From Paecilomyces variotii (Eukaryota), in NCBI GenBank assembly GCA_004022145.1, contig RCNU01000001.1: a DNA stretch of 64,000 bases; one strand, written 5' to 3'. Shown here piece by piece: positions 1-11,970 of the stretch. A model generated the notes under the pieces. The model worked only from the letters and a program-made list of their open reading frames with translations. It had not been told where the DNA came from and did not search any database. The position numbers and the translations under genes are program-made. The number at the start of each line of letters is the position of its first letter. Position 1 is the stretch's first letter.

Positions 1-563
1 ATGAAGAAAAAGGCTTCATTTCTTTTTGCAATCGTCTCCTACCATGCACTAGCAGTTCAGAGTCTATATTGGCCATCTTAATGTCGAAACCTAGGATTAG
101 AGATGCAAAGAAGGGAACAGAACATAAGTATAGAATAGGATCCTCTGGACTGTCTTGCTGAGCCAATGTCAAATGCCATGGTGCACTTTCCCGTTATAAT
201 AACAACCGACATGCTCAGATACTCCGAGTATGTACACGCAGATTGTACGAGCGCTTGCAAGCATGCATACCCTAGTGAAGATAATGATCCAGGCGCAAAT
301 AAGAAATATCTCTGGGCGATGGTTTGTAGCACACCTGGGCACCTGATTGATCTGGTTGGCCCAATCTTGGTTAGATCAAATATTGTTTGCAGCGTTTGCA
401 CCAGACAAGCTCCATCTTGAAGGAGCTTTGACGGTTTGAACGAACAACATCTTTCAGATCTGCGATGAACAACCAAAGTATTCATCGATGACCGTGCTGA
501 GAGAAATATGTTGACACAATACTAACATAAGGGTCACGCCGGCAGTCACTATTCTATCAGAGG

Positions 564-2582
564 ATGTCTTCTGACTCTGACACTCCCATCCACCTGCACG
601 CGGAGCTTCTGCCCAATATTCGACAGCTCACCTTCTACGTTTCTCTTCCTGCAGGTAGCTATATAAGTCAGGATGGTGGCACGCTCAAGCCAGAGATCTC
701 GCTGTCCGAGTCGCGGCGCGCAGTCACAGTGTCCGTCGGGGGAGAAATGGAGACAATGAAGCTTCCCGCGAGGGTCAGCGAGAGTTCTCGATCAGGCCTG
801 CGGTTTCCGGCACATGCTTTCTCGGGAAAACCCGCGGCTATTGATGGCACGAACAGGATGGAATTCTCATTCCGTATGCAGGTGGATAAGGACGAAGTTC
901 CTGGTTTGACAAAGGATGAATTCGTGGATGACTTTATCCCCTGGACGGCAGCGGACATGTCTACATCTGCCCTTGTGCGGTGTCGCGAGTGCAGTGCAGT
1001 GATCTTGGACCCCGGAGAACATACTGAAGGATGGACATGGAAAGATCTTCCTAGTGGGAACTGGGCTGAAATGATGGACTTTTGGCACTGTCACAAGCCA
1101 GATCCACATGAAGGTCATGACCACAAGTCAATAGAGGATTCTAATGCAGTCCTGAAAGGCTATGGAGCCGCGAACCAGATCTCAGCGAGCCCTGGGACGG
1201 TTCTCGTTGATGTTGCTTCATTCCTAGTTGCTGAAGTGGATTGTAATGGTCTGAGAAAGGTAAGAGAAAGGTACCCAGTTGACCATTGTCCTTCACTTCT
1301 ATGGGTCCTCCATGTTCCGTGTACTATGATACCTGAATCTATAACCATGTCATATAGCGCTGCTTGCCGTATTCCGCGTTACATCAAAACTTCTCTGCTT
1401 CCACTATCATACCATGGGCAACAAGAAGGAGGCCTCCTCCACTTCCATGATCTGGCCTCCGATACAATTGCCCGAAATCAATCAATCCATAAATATTCTC
1501 GTTCCAGGTACATCACATCTGTCACAATTTCGAGGTGAGTAGCTGTTGCGAACCACTGGCGGAGTATCCTCTTTGCGGAGATGGATTTCCTCCTTTGGTC
1601 TCTCTGCAGCTTCACGCCTCAGAGATTGTGATGGATTGTTCCTATGGATCGAGTATTTACCGCCTCATCTCTTTCACTGTTGGATTTCTTCTTTTCACAA
1701 CCTGCCCAGAGACATGGGATCCACAGGATTAAGACGAGGTACATGAATGGGCCCGTTAGATGGACACCGCCGGTATATCTGATATAGTAATTATCTCAGC
1801 CATTGATATCTGCAATGAAATTCATGTTTGACTTTAGATCAACTTTGCTTTCCTACAGCTAGTCCATAGAAAGCTAACATTTTTATTTCATAATAGTCAC
1901 AAAATGAGCGTCTTCCGCACACTGGAAACGCTAGGACCCGAGTCTACGTAGAATGTGAAGCCTGTGGTGCAACAATAGGCACGGAAGACGTCACTGCTAA
2001 TGGCTGGAGACTTTTCAAAACATGTATAGCCGTGCAGCAAGAACCAACCTCGATCGCCCAGGAGGCGGGGTCTGAACCCTCAAATCTCGAAACATACCCG
2101 AAGGAGACGATAGTCGGCGCGCAGCTCCTAGAAATGATCGAAAGAGAAGGCGTAAGACGCTTCGTTATTCATTGCGGAGGAAATAACGGACACCTAGTAC
2201 GTTTCCTTCCCCCCCGATCTTCTAAACCAAATCAACACCCCCGGAGAATTACACAGCTAACACTTTCATTCTTTTCGATACAAAGCTCTGGATCTTCAAC
2301 CCAGACATTCGCTACTCCAGCATCAGTCCAAACCACAGCGTGACCTCACAGCGAGCAATGAAAGCATTCTTTCAACATATCTCGGACGTTGAAAAAATCC
2401 TCGAACCCGAACAAGGGAAGCCGGCATCAATGTCTTTGGAGGAGCTGTATCTTCCTCGGGATACTTATCAGGATATAGCTTCTACGCTAAATCGGAGTAA
2501 TGAGATGTTACCGGCTTCTGCTAGGAGTTTTCGTGAGTGGAAGGTCGGGTTCTTGAGTAGGTTGGATGGGAAGCACGCGTGA
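564..2582 (+). CDS. IPA1: HECT-like ubiquitin-conjugating enzyme E2-binding protein (Ipa1/UBE3D family), 3 exons
   Basis: Motif WKDLPSGNWAEMMDFWHCH, CxxC pairs (CREC, CEAC) and LWIFNPD. Intron 1260..1896 (GTAAGA...GCTAAC...TAG) joins in frame; a second short intron lies near 2197-2286. Confidence 0.88.
1416..1746 (+). ncRNA. Intronic box H/ACA guide RNA, snR81-like (predicted U2 snRNA pseudouridylation guide)
   Basis: Hairpin 1 has lower stem GGGCAA/TTGCCC and upper stem GGAGGCC/GGCCTCC around pocket AAGAA(1423-27)/GATAC(1461-65). H box AAATCA at 1475-80 lies 14 nt from the pocket top. A 3' hairpin 1663-1739 is followed by ACA at 1741-43 with the same 14-nt spacing. Confidence 0.8.
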
Positions 2583-3546
2583 TTCGACTTGTATAGGGGA
2601 GTGAAGTGGTGTTCCTGCAAAAATAAGTAGTAGGGACAGTGCCTAGGTGAGAGATAGGCGAAAATAACACGACTTAGCGCCTGGTCCTACATCTTTGAAA
2701 GTCCTTCTGTACCTTTCTGCTTCTTAGCCACAGAGAATTCAATTCCACCCCTATCGGAAGTCCTCTATCAAGTCTTTGTGTATCTTCCGTGCATGGCCGA
2801 AGTCTTCTCTGTGCCCTCTATTCGACTTTCAGAAACATCACACTCTCTTTACCAGAAGTGAAGCAAATATTCAGTTTTAAAAGAGAGATCAAGAAGTGAG
2901 AACATATCTACGTACATCTCCGCCTAATAACTCGGAATGCTCACCTAACAGAGTTTCAGTGCATACCCGACCGTGCTTGTCCCTATTACGAGCTTCGCAT
3001 TGGAAGCTCCTCCGAGGAGCAGCAGATGTCAGATCATGAATGGTGATGATACCTCAGCGGCAGAGATCGACGCTAGGCGTAATGGGCGTTGTGTGAAAAT
3101 TCGGCAGGATAGTTGCACTACTAAGTACGTATGTACATACATAGTCACAACGGCCTACTGTATATTAGTACTGGAGTGATTCTTATACAACCTAATAATT
3201 AATTTTAGTGCCCTTAGACACACTAGTAGTAGTAGTAGTCTTTGGTAGTTACAACTGACAGACTTAATATTATGGTATCTTACAACGCCACGTACTCGAA
3301 TGTGTGTGTGGAGATATGTCCTTCAATAGGCATTGAAGTCTTTTCTAATACTAGATAAAAGGTAAATACCACAGAACTACCGCCCGACTGCATTCCACAA
3401 CTTCTCACTTCTCAACACCCTCACTATGCATTTCGAGATTTACTTTCATTTTCTGAATAGGAGAATTGTAACGAGCTGACTATATCGTGACTCATCGCCT
3501 ACCCTGGTACTATCAAAGATCTGTTCGTGGATGCTTTGCTCGATAT

Positions 3547-4942
3547 TTAGGCCTCGAAAGGAGTCTCGTAAGGAGCCTCCGCCTGCGGAGTGATACGAGC
3601 CAGATGGCGTCTCTGTCCGTCTTCCCAGTCGTAGAGGGCCGAGTGGGCGGTGACACGGTTCTGTAATTGCAGGTTAGCATATTTGTAAACAACAGGTGTG
3701 TGCGAGCACGGAACACGTACGTCCCAAACGACAACGGTTCCAGGCCTCCACCTCACGCGAGCCTGGATGTCCTGAGACAGGGCGATATGGTTGAAAAGGA
3801 ACTGCAGAAGGAAGTCGGATTCCTCCTTCTTGTAGCCAACAATGTAGCGGGTGACTGTCAAAAGTCAGGAAACAAAATCTCTAATCAGGATTTTAGGACG
3901 CTCGTCTTACATTGCGGGTTAACGAAGAGAGCCTTCTCGCCGGTGACCGGGTGAGTGCGGACAATCGGGTGCTCGGAGGTGATGGGTTCACGACGAGCAA
4001 TGCCTCCTCGAGCAATACTGTTGTTGACCTGCTCAATACCGGAGTGGACAGCTCTCAGGCCGTGAAGTCTCTTGCGGAACTCCGGAGACAGGCGGCGGTA
4101 GGCCAGCGCCATGTTGGTGAAGAGCGTGTCACCACCGCTAGTAGGACCGTCAAGCAGGTACAGGAATGTAGTGCCGGGGGGTTGTTTTTCGAAGGTCACA
4201 TCAGAGTGCCATGTCACGGAGTTTGTGTGACTTTCCAGGAACTCAGAACCGCTTCGGTCCTCGGCTCCACGGTGAACAAGATGGACTTCAGGGAAACCCT
4301 TAGGAGCGCCAGAGGTTTGATGAATATGGTGACGGCCGAAGTAGCCGCCGAATTCGACGGCCTTGTCAATAGGAAGATGAGCAAAATCCTGGTCACGGAA
4401 GGCTACGTATGATTGTCAGTCTCTGATGCAAAAGTAGATATAAAGGGAATGATCCCGCACATACCGACGACCTTTCTCTGGGCTACATACAACGCCAACT
4501 GGTCCTTTCCTGCTTTTGACAATTGACTCAGCTGAACGCCGCGGACTTCAGAACCGATACCCGGAGTGAGCTCATCAACCTCGGCCTTTCCCTTGGGGAG
4601 GAGGTCAGGGAAGGAAAGGTCAGCATCCTTTCCATGGTCGTAGTGCTCGAAAGGCTCCAGGGGAGGGTATCTGTAAAAATGTTGGCATATGATTCTAATG
4701 CCCTCCGTTTTGTTTCATGTAGGCGGGAATCTTGACGCTTACCTCTCGGTTTCATTATCCCACACTGGAAGGTAGTTGGGGAAAGATGCCGGGGCCTGGT
4801 TCTCTGTGCCCTTGATCTCCTTGTCGTGGATATATGCCTCACCGTATCCGATGAGGCCTTCCTTATTCCATGATGCGTCGTGCTTTGCCTTGCTCACGGG
4901 TGCAGCCCGGACAGGGAGCGTCTCAACCGCGGAGGGAGCCAT
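3547..4942 (-). CDS. TauD/TfdA-family alpha-ketoglutarate-dependent sulfonate dioxygenase (JLP1-like), multi-exon
   Basis: TWHSDVTFE (HxD), GGDTLF, HPIVRTHPVTGEKALFVN, VVVWD-NRVTAHSA (distal His) and RHLAR spread over exon ORFs separated by short introns. Confidence 0.92.
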
Positions 4943-6860
4943 GACTTATTCAGATCTGGTGTGATTCTGATAGCGACTATGGTATGGAGAAGCTCTGGGG
5001 ATGCTTGGATTTTAGGCCCTAGCCAGCTCTACTTATTGTATCCACGATATCGGATGTCTCGTGCCGTGCAGTACATGTAATTTGCTGCGGGGTAGCAACG
5101 TGGCTTCCTTTTTCCACAATATTTTCCGTTCAATAATTCTAGTAGTTAAGGTGGGGTATCGAGATTATCGATGCTGCGAAGTCAGATAGTTAAAGTATGA
5201 TTTAGAATCCGATTGGAACCATGACTCGCGATACATCCCAGTAATGGCGTGCTAGCGGATGGTGTCTGTTGACGCAAGATATCCGGCTAAATGTGATTGT
5301 GTCAAGAATGTATTGGCTTTTCTATCTGTTATCAATAAATAGATTAGATCAGATTCAACGGCTTATCGTGTTTGTAGACTATGATCTATATTGCCAGTAA
5401 GTGTTAGATGCATACATAACATTCCGATTATATGTCATTAAGCGCACTCACCTGGTATAAATTCGAAAGTGCATGAGGATGCTAGCATAATAGTAGAAAA
5501 ATAAAACAGCAATGACCCCATACTGGTCGTTGACCTATAGTGGTATCTCGATTCGACGGAAAGCGCATAAAACTTCCGCGTCAGATGTCCAACTCAGTGG
5601 AGAGACATTCTGCAAAATAACTTATCTCATGTGCACGAGTATCGAATCTCATGCAAGAGACCTGCCAGAGGAGGTAAAGATAGACGCAGAATGGGAAGCA
5701 GTCCGTACTGAAGGTACAAGAGGTATGGCGTGCTCCAGTTGCGATGTTGCGCGAGCAGATGCAGAACAAGGAGAACGTCAAAATCTCCGCGCCACGCGAC
5801 CAGGGCGGAGCGCCAAATTGATGATTGAACGTTTTCTAATGCATATTTCGACCGGATACTGTTCAACTTTAGTACAGTCACTTTTTAACATGAAGGACAT
5901 TCTTTCCAGGTAGTCAACAGATCGATTGGTGGTTGTTGTTGTTGACTACCTGTTAGGGATATAGTTAGGTAACTAACTACTAGTTAACTAGTTAAGTACC
6001 TAAATGCTGAGTCATCATCATACATGGCCTCCCATGTTTTCTGTACAAGATCAAACAAACCCAAATGTTTGAGCCTGCGCAAGCCTCGATGTCTTTTATT
6101 ATTCGCACGGCCCATGCTTGAAGCTGGGATAGGTTCAGTTAGTTGGACCTCGTTTCGAGAGCATCTCTTTCGGCATGGTTGGACAGGTGGATTCTGCATG
6201 CACTGGAGATAACGTCAATGTCGACGAGCTTGCGTGATCGCGCCGGCCGCTACCTTAAGCCGCATCCTTGCCTATGTACTGCGCTTTGACTCGCTTTGAA
6301 TAACGTCAGTTCTCCTTTGCTGGCGTGCTTTTCTTGCAGATGTGGCAGCGCGGCAACATTGCGCGCCGGAACCTCGCCGCTGCGATGTTCATTATGGTCT
6401 TTTCTGGATAGCGGGTAAAAGCGCCAATCTGACGCAAAGTCCCTGTTCCGGAATGGAGACTCCATGAAGCAATTATTGGGGATTCCTGCAATGGTCTTGC
6501 TCCGAGAAAGTTGGAAGTTAGATCTGTTTCTCTGTTGGGGGTCATCCAGCCGACAGTTACTGGAATAGACGCCTCGCAGTGGGTGGTCAAGGCCTCAAGA
6601 CGGAGTCCTTCAGTTCAGACTTAGGAAAGGGTCCACTATGTCACCATAATAACAAGAGAATATCCCACGCGGCCTTAGCGAACGGCTCCACGTGTGACTG
6701 GTCTGGGCTCCATTTAGATCTAAGAGTCTACAGCGAGGAGAGCCGAACCGATCTTCGATCATTCAAATAGCAAGGCATCCCGCTGCAGATGTTGACTACC
6801 CTGTCCAGTACGCACCCATAGAAGGACGGAAGTCACCTTAGCAGCTACCAGCCAATCATC

Positions 6861-8818
6861 ATGGGCGTGGAAGACTCCAAGGCAGGGTGGACTACATCTG
6901 AGGCCCAGACCCAGAGTGGAAAAGAGCCGGAAGGTGTTGCAGTGACGACGGGTTACTCGTCGTCGGGCTCTTTAGGGGAACAAGACAGGCCAAGAAGAGT
7001 CAAGGAAGGGGCTGCTTTCGAGACGACTGAAGATGTGCGGTTTTACAAGCCCATCCCGACATATGAAGGATTTCACCGGTGGGATCCGGACTTCGAATGG
7101 GAAGAGCACGAAGAGAAGAAAGTAGTGAGAAAGGTATGTATGCAGAAAAGAGTCTACTGTCTTTTGCAGATGTTAATGATAGTAGATCGACCTGCGCGTC
7201 GCTACGTTCGCATGCGTTACTTTCTTTGCGCTCCAGCTTGATCGAGGAAACATCGTGCAGGCTCTATCAGGCAATCTGCTGGATGAGCTTCACATGAACA
7301 CCAATGACTACAACACAGGACAAACGATCTTCTATATTTGCTTCCTGTTTGCTGAACTTCCATCGCAATTGATCTCGAAGAAACTTGGTCCAGACCGATG
7401 GATTCCAATCCAGATGCTTTGCTGGAGTCTCGTTGCAAGCATGCAGGCCTTCCTCTCCGGAAGGAGTTCCTTCTTTGCTTGCCGTGCTCTCTTGGGTGTC
7501 TTCGAAGGAGGATTGTGAGTTTACCAATAAATAATATCGAAACTTTCCAAGCTGACATAACCTAGCATTCCAGATACTATCCTGTTTCTGTCGTACTGGT
7601 ACACATCAAAAGAATTGCCCGTTCGACTGAGTTGGTTCTGGACAACTTACGAGGCGACGTCCATTGTCAGCGCTTTCCTCGCATATGGCTTTTTGCATAT
7701 CCGCAACTCTGACGGCACCGGTGGCTGGCGCTATTTGTTCGCCTACGAAGGGCTCATCACTGGTGTCATTGCTATCATAGCCGCAATCTGGATGCCTCCG
7801 TCGCCTACTCAAACCGCCGGTCGGTTCAGAGGCAAAAAGGGATGGTTCAATGAAAGAGAAGAAAAGATCATGGTAAATCGAGTTCTCCGCGATGACCCTA
7901 GCAAGGGCTCCATGCACAACAGACAAGCTGTCACCCCGAAGCTTCTATGGGAAGCTCTTTGCGACTACGATATGTGGCCCATCTACCTTATCGGTCTCAC
8001 ATGGTGTATTCCTCCAGCACCAGCGCAGAACTACATCTCGCTTGAACTAAAGTCTCTCGGCTTCGGAACTTTCAAGACGAACCTGCTTACAATCCCGGCT
8101 TACGTTATATTCATTATCAACCTTCTGATCATCACATGGGTGTCAGAGCGCGTCAACCAGCGCTTGCTACTTGGTGTAATTGCTGAAGTCTGGAACTTGG
8201 CTCTGCTCATTGCCCTCGAAGTCCTTCCTGCGAATGAGAGTCCGTGGGCGAGATGGGTTGTCCTGATTCTCCTCATCGGAAGTCCTTATGTTCACGCTAT
8301 CATCGTAGCCATTACTTCCCGAAACGCCGGCTCTGTGCGTACGCGAACCGTCGCATCCGCCATGTACAATATGACTGTCCAAGCAAGCAACATTATCGCC
8401 AATAACGTAAGTTTCCGCGCCTTCACCATGCTCTCTCTGTCGTAAACAAAGCTAACACTCATCTCATATAGATCTACCGCAACAATGACAAGCCTCTTTA
8501 CCGAACCGGCAACAAGGTTCTTATTGGTCTCACTGTCTGGAGTGCTTTCCTCTTCGTGGCAGCCAAGTTCTATTACATCTGGCGAAACAAGTAAGTTTAG
8601 AACCTATCCAATAATACCTTTCGAACAATCACTAACTCATCTCCGCAGGACTCGAGCAGAGAAATGGGATGCCATGTCGTCGGAAGAGAGAGACGCCTAT
8701 CTAGCCTCTAACAAAGATGAGGGAAATAAGAGGTACGTCACAATTGAAATTCAGGTTTTCGCTCAAGATATGATCGCTGACTCCTTGATGTAGACTTGAT
8801 TTCCGTTTCGCTCATTAA
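6861..8818 (+). CDS. MFS transporter, allantoate permease/ACS family (Soa1/Dal5-like sulfonate transporter), multi-exon
   Basis: ELPSQLISKKLGPDRWIP, RALLGVFEGG, GWRYLFAYEG and RNAGSVRTRT; many hydrophobic helices; C-terminus LDFRFAH*. Confidence 0.9.
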
Positions 8819-9451
8819 GTACCCCCAAGAAATTTTATGATTCGCGGTGGTGGTGGATTCTATTCACTTTATATAGTACAGAATGTCCTTTTTCATTCTA
8901 GATATCAAAATAGAGTTATATGGAGGTATATAGTCTTGCCCAATGGACACAGAAGTTATGTCATCAAGTATGTAAATGCAATTAACCTTGCATGCTAGGT
9001 GATATATATTTTAGATGATAGGGTAACAGGATTCCCACGTGAATGGTCGACCCACATTGGATGCGTGGAGTTGAATATGTAAAGATAAGAATTCGGACTT
9101 ATTGGCAACAATAAATCTGGAAGAATATGCCACATCAAATAAATTATGATATATGTTGACGTGCAGATGCGAGACATCTATAACCCACGTGACGAACGGA
9201 GCGGAAGAACATCCCCTCCCGGACGAGCAGCGTCCGTGGCTGGAGCTTCCGTCATGAAGCTGCTGCCCAGTGTTGGCGACCACTCGAGACTAGTTAGACA
9301 ACCACATCTTTCACTACCGTACCGCATACTCTTCATTCCTTCGCCAGAGCTATTCCTTCCATAGACAGTTCGGCTTAAGCTCTTGTTTCCGTTTCTTCTT
9401 TTTTAGCATTTCCTCCCTTTGTCCGCTCTAGAGATACCAACGAATACCACC

Positions 9452-10389
9452 ATGGCCGATCTCCGCCCCGTCATCTCACAACTCGAAACGAGCCTAAGCA
9501 AACAACAGCTCGACCAAGCTTTCTCTCTGCTCAGTCAAGCTAAGCGCGCTCTTCTCCAGCAGAATGCGCTGGTCCCTACGCCCTCCACGCCACCACAGCT
9601 GCTCTCGCAGGCTCGACACATTCTCGAACTCGGCGCCATCACTTCCATCCGACGGGCTGACGCCCCTTCCTTCACGCGGTACTACCAGCAGCTGCAGCCG
9701 TTCTACGATGCAGAGAGACTTATTGAGGCGTCAGCAGGCGGAAAGGGTCTGGATCTGAGCTCGAGCCAGCGAAGCAAGATTACGGGTCTTTATCTACTCC
9801 TGCTGCTGAGCATGGGGAATAACACAGATTTCCACATTGTGTTGGAGGGGTTGATTGTTGAGGCTAGTTTGAAGGGAAAGTCGATCGAGGATGACCCATA
9901 CATCAAGTATCCGGTGGAGTTGGAGAGAAGTCTGATGGAGGGAAGCTACGATAAGGTGTGGAGGGAGACGAAGTCGGAGAGAGTCCCGACGGAGGATTTC
10001 GGGTTGTTCTCGAATGTGAGTTTGTTTGTACCGTCTATATACTGGTTTCTATATATATCCTATTATGGGACATGTGCTGATGTCTTTGATAGATCCTTGT
10101 TGGCACCATCCGCAGAGAGATCGCCGACTGCTCGGAAAAGGCATACCCATCCCTCCCCATCTCCAACGCCAAGAACTTGCTCTTCCTCGATTCTGAGGGT
10201 GCTGTTGCAGAGTTTGCACAGGAGCGAGGCTGGGTTCTGCGTGATGGCCGGATATACTTCCCTCAGGAAGCCGAGGAGGGCGCCCAGGCCATCCCTGGAC
10301 AGCGCTCCGAGAAGGATATTCTTGTCGCGAGCGGTACAGTCATCGAGAACACGATTGGATACGCAAGAGAACTGGAGACCATTGTTTAA
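9452..10389 (+). CDS. RPN12: 26S proteasome regulatory subunit Rpn12, 2 exons
   Basis: FTRYYQQLQPFY, GLYLLLLLS, YPVELERSLMEGSYDKV and GYARELETIV*; one intron near 10016-10092. Confidence 0.95.
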
Positions 10390-10665
10390 AGCGAATCTTG
10401 CTGCTGTTGGTCCGGTTTTCTTTTCTTTAAGCTCGGTTCGGGATGTTGTACTCTATGGTTGTTTTCGCAGCATGTTGATCATATCAAGCGACATGACTTC
10501 GGATTAATGATTTCACAGTCCCTTCTATGCTCATGTCGACATATTTCAGTAAGCTTGGTAGTGTCTGGACTGCGCCTTGCATTCAGCTCGCCTTTCTGGC
10601 GTTTCTCCGAGTCAGCGGAAGATTGAAGGCATGCGCAGGCGTGGATTAATGTTCAAGTAGCAAGA

Positions 10666-11970
10666 CTACAAGTCTGCGCCCCAAACACAAACCCTCCGAT
10701 CATAGAAGCTGCTCGAGACGATGAGCAGTTCTGATTCATCAAGATTCTTCCCCCGCCACACATCCGAAGCGTAGTTCATACTCTCATGCTCCGTAAATTT
10801 AGCCAATACTTCAATGCTCCAATCTCCCTCATCCCATCTATTGCAAGAGACCCGCAGCAGCCTCGTCCCCGTATGCATGCAACTAGCAAGTACTAAAGCA
10901 GAGAAGGTCTTCTCTGACGATGTGGAGGAACGTAATATCTGTAACCTCCAAACACCTCCACCAAGACACAACTCTGCAAGAACATTACCTCTCTGCGTAG
11001 CGTGGTATACGCGGAGATACTCATCGTAACTACCTGTCAGGATGAGCGGGGCTCCTTGAAACAATGGGACGGGAAGCGGAAGAATAGAAGTAACACCCGC
11101 AGTATGATGTCTAGCTCGATCAGTATAGTCCAGCAAAGTTGGAGGCAGAGAAGCTGCATCGTCTTCTGTCTTTCCTTCATCCTCACTCGCAGCGAATCGG
11201 ATAGTCCGCAGTGTTCCGAAATCATCTCCAGTGAAAAGGAACGAGGAGAACTTGTCATTGTGGCAATCTTCTTGAAAAGTACCTAAAGCAACGAACCAAA
11301 CTTCAATCTTCTGCTTTGGTTGGAACTGGTGTTCCGTGAATTCTGCTTCCGTAAGGTCATCATCCTTCGTTTCGAAGACGGATGTTCGTCCATCTGAGTA
11401 CGTGACGGCAAATGCTTCTGCTTTCCCAGGGAGGAACTTTTCTGGAGACCAAGCTAGGAAGAGTGCGGGGACACTGGAGTCTTCGTGGACATCTATCGTT
11501 CGGATATGTTGGATTCGAGGGTCACATTGCTCCCCTGTGGTCCTGGAGACGCGGAAGAAAGCAACTGAAGCCGCACTAGATGCGATTCCTAGCAGTGTTG
11601 GATCCCTAGGGTGGAAGTGAAGATCGAAGACTGCGTATGGGAGTGGTACAGTCTGGATGTGTGTCCTGGATAGATGTTGTTAGTTCAATCGGTAAAGCCC
11701 AATAATCACATTTAGTGCAGAGAGAAAAAATAGATAAGACATAATATACACCTACAGATTTCTAGAAACCGGATCCAGCTTCCACAACTGGAGACTTCCA
11801 GTCTTCCTCTGCGCTGTCACATTTCCTTCTTCATCCTTCGTTTCGGATAGGAAGTAGGTGCCCACGACAAAATAACTAGGGTCCTGTGGGCAGAATTGTA
11901 GACAACTTGGTGGTTGGTCTAGAAAGATTGTTGTTGAAGATTTGGGGTGGAGAATGGATTCTTCGACCAT
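10666..11970 (-). CDS. DPH7: Diphthine methylesterase-like WD40 protein (Dph7/Rrt2), 2 exons
   Basis: YFVVGTYFL, HHTAGVTSI, LTGSYDEYLRV, LGGGVWRL, EHESMNY and SSSFYDR. Confidence 0.88.

Noticed and set aside
1-500. ORFs 78..485 and 166..420
   Set aside because: No domain signal or coding-like composition; treated as intergenic sequence upstream of IPA1.
1326-1785. Composite box C/D plus H/ACA scaRNA
   Set aside because: ATGATA near 1326 is not a proper RTGATGA C box, and no terminal stem supports pairing with the CTGA near 1778.
3224-3310. TAG and TG microsatellite runs, plus palindrome ACTAGTTAACTAGT near 5978
   Set aside because: Too short and low-complexity to imply function; no CRISPR-like or transposon structure.
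9000-9450. Rpn4/PACE element upstream of RPN12
   Set aside because: Only partial matches such as TGCCAC; no full GGTGGCAAA consensus.
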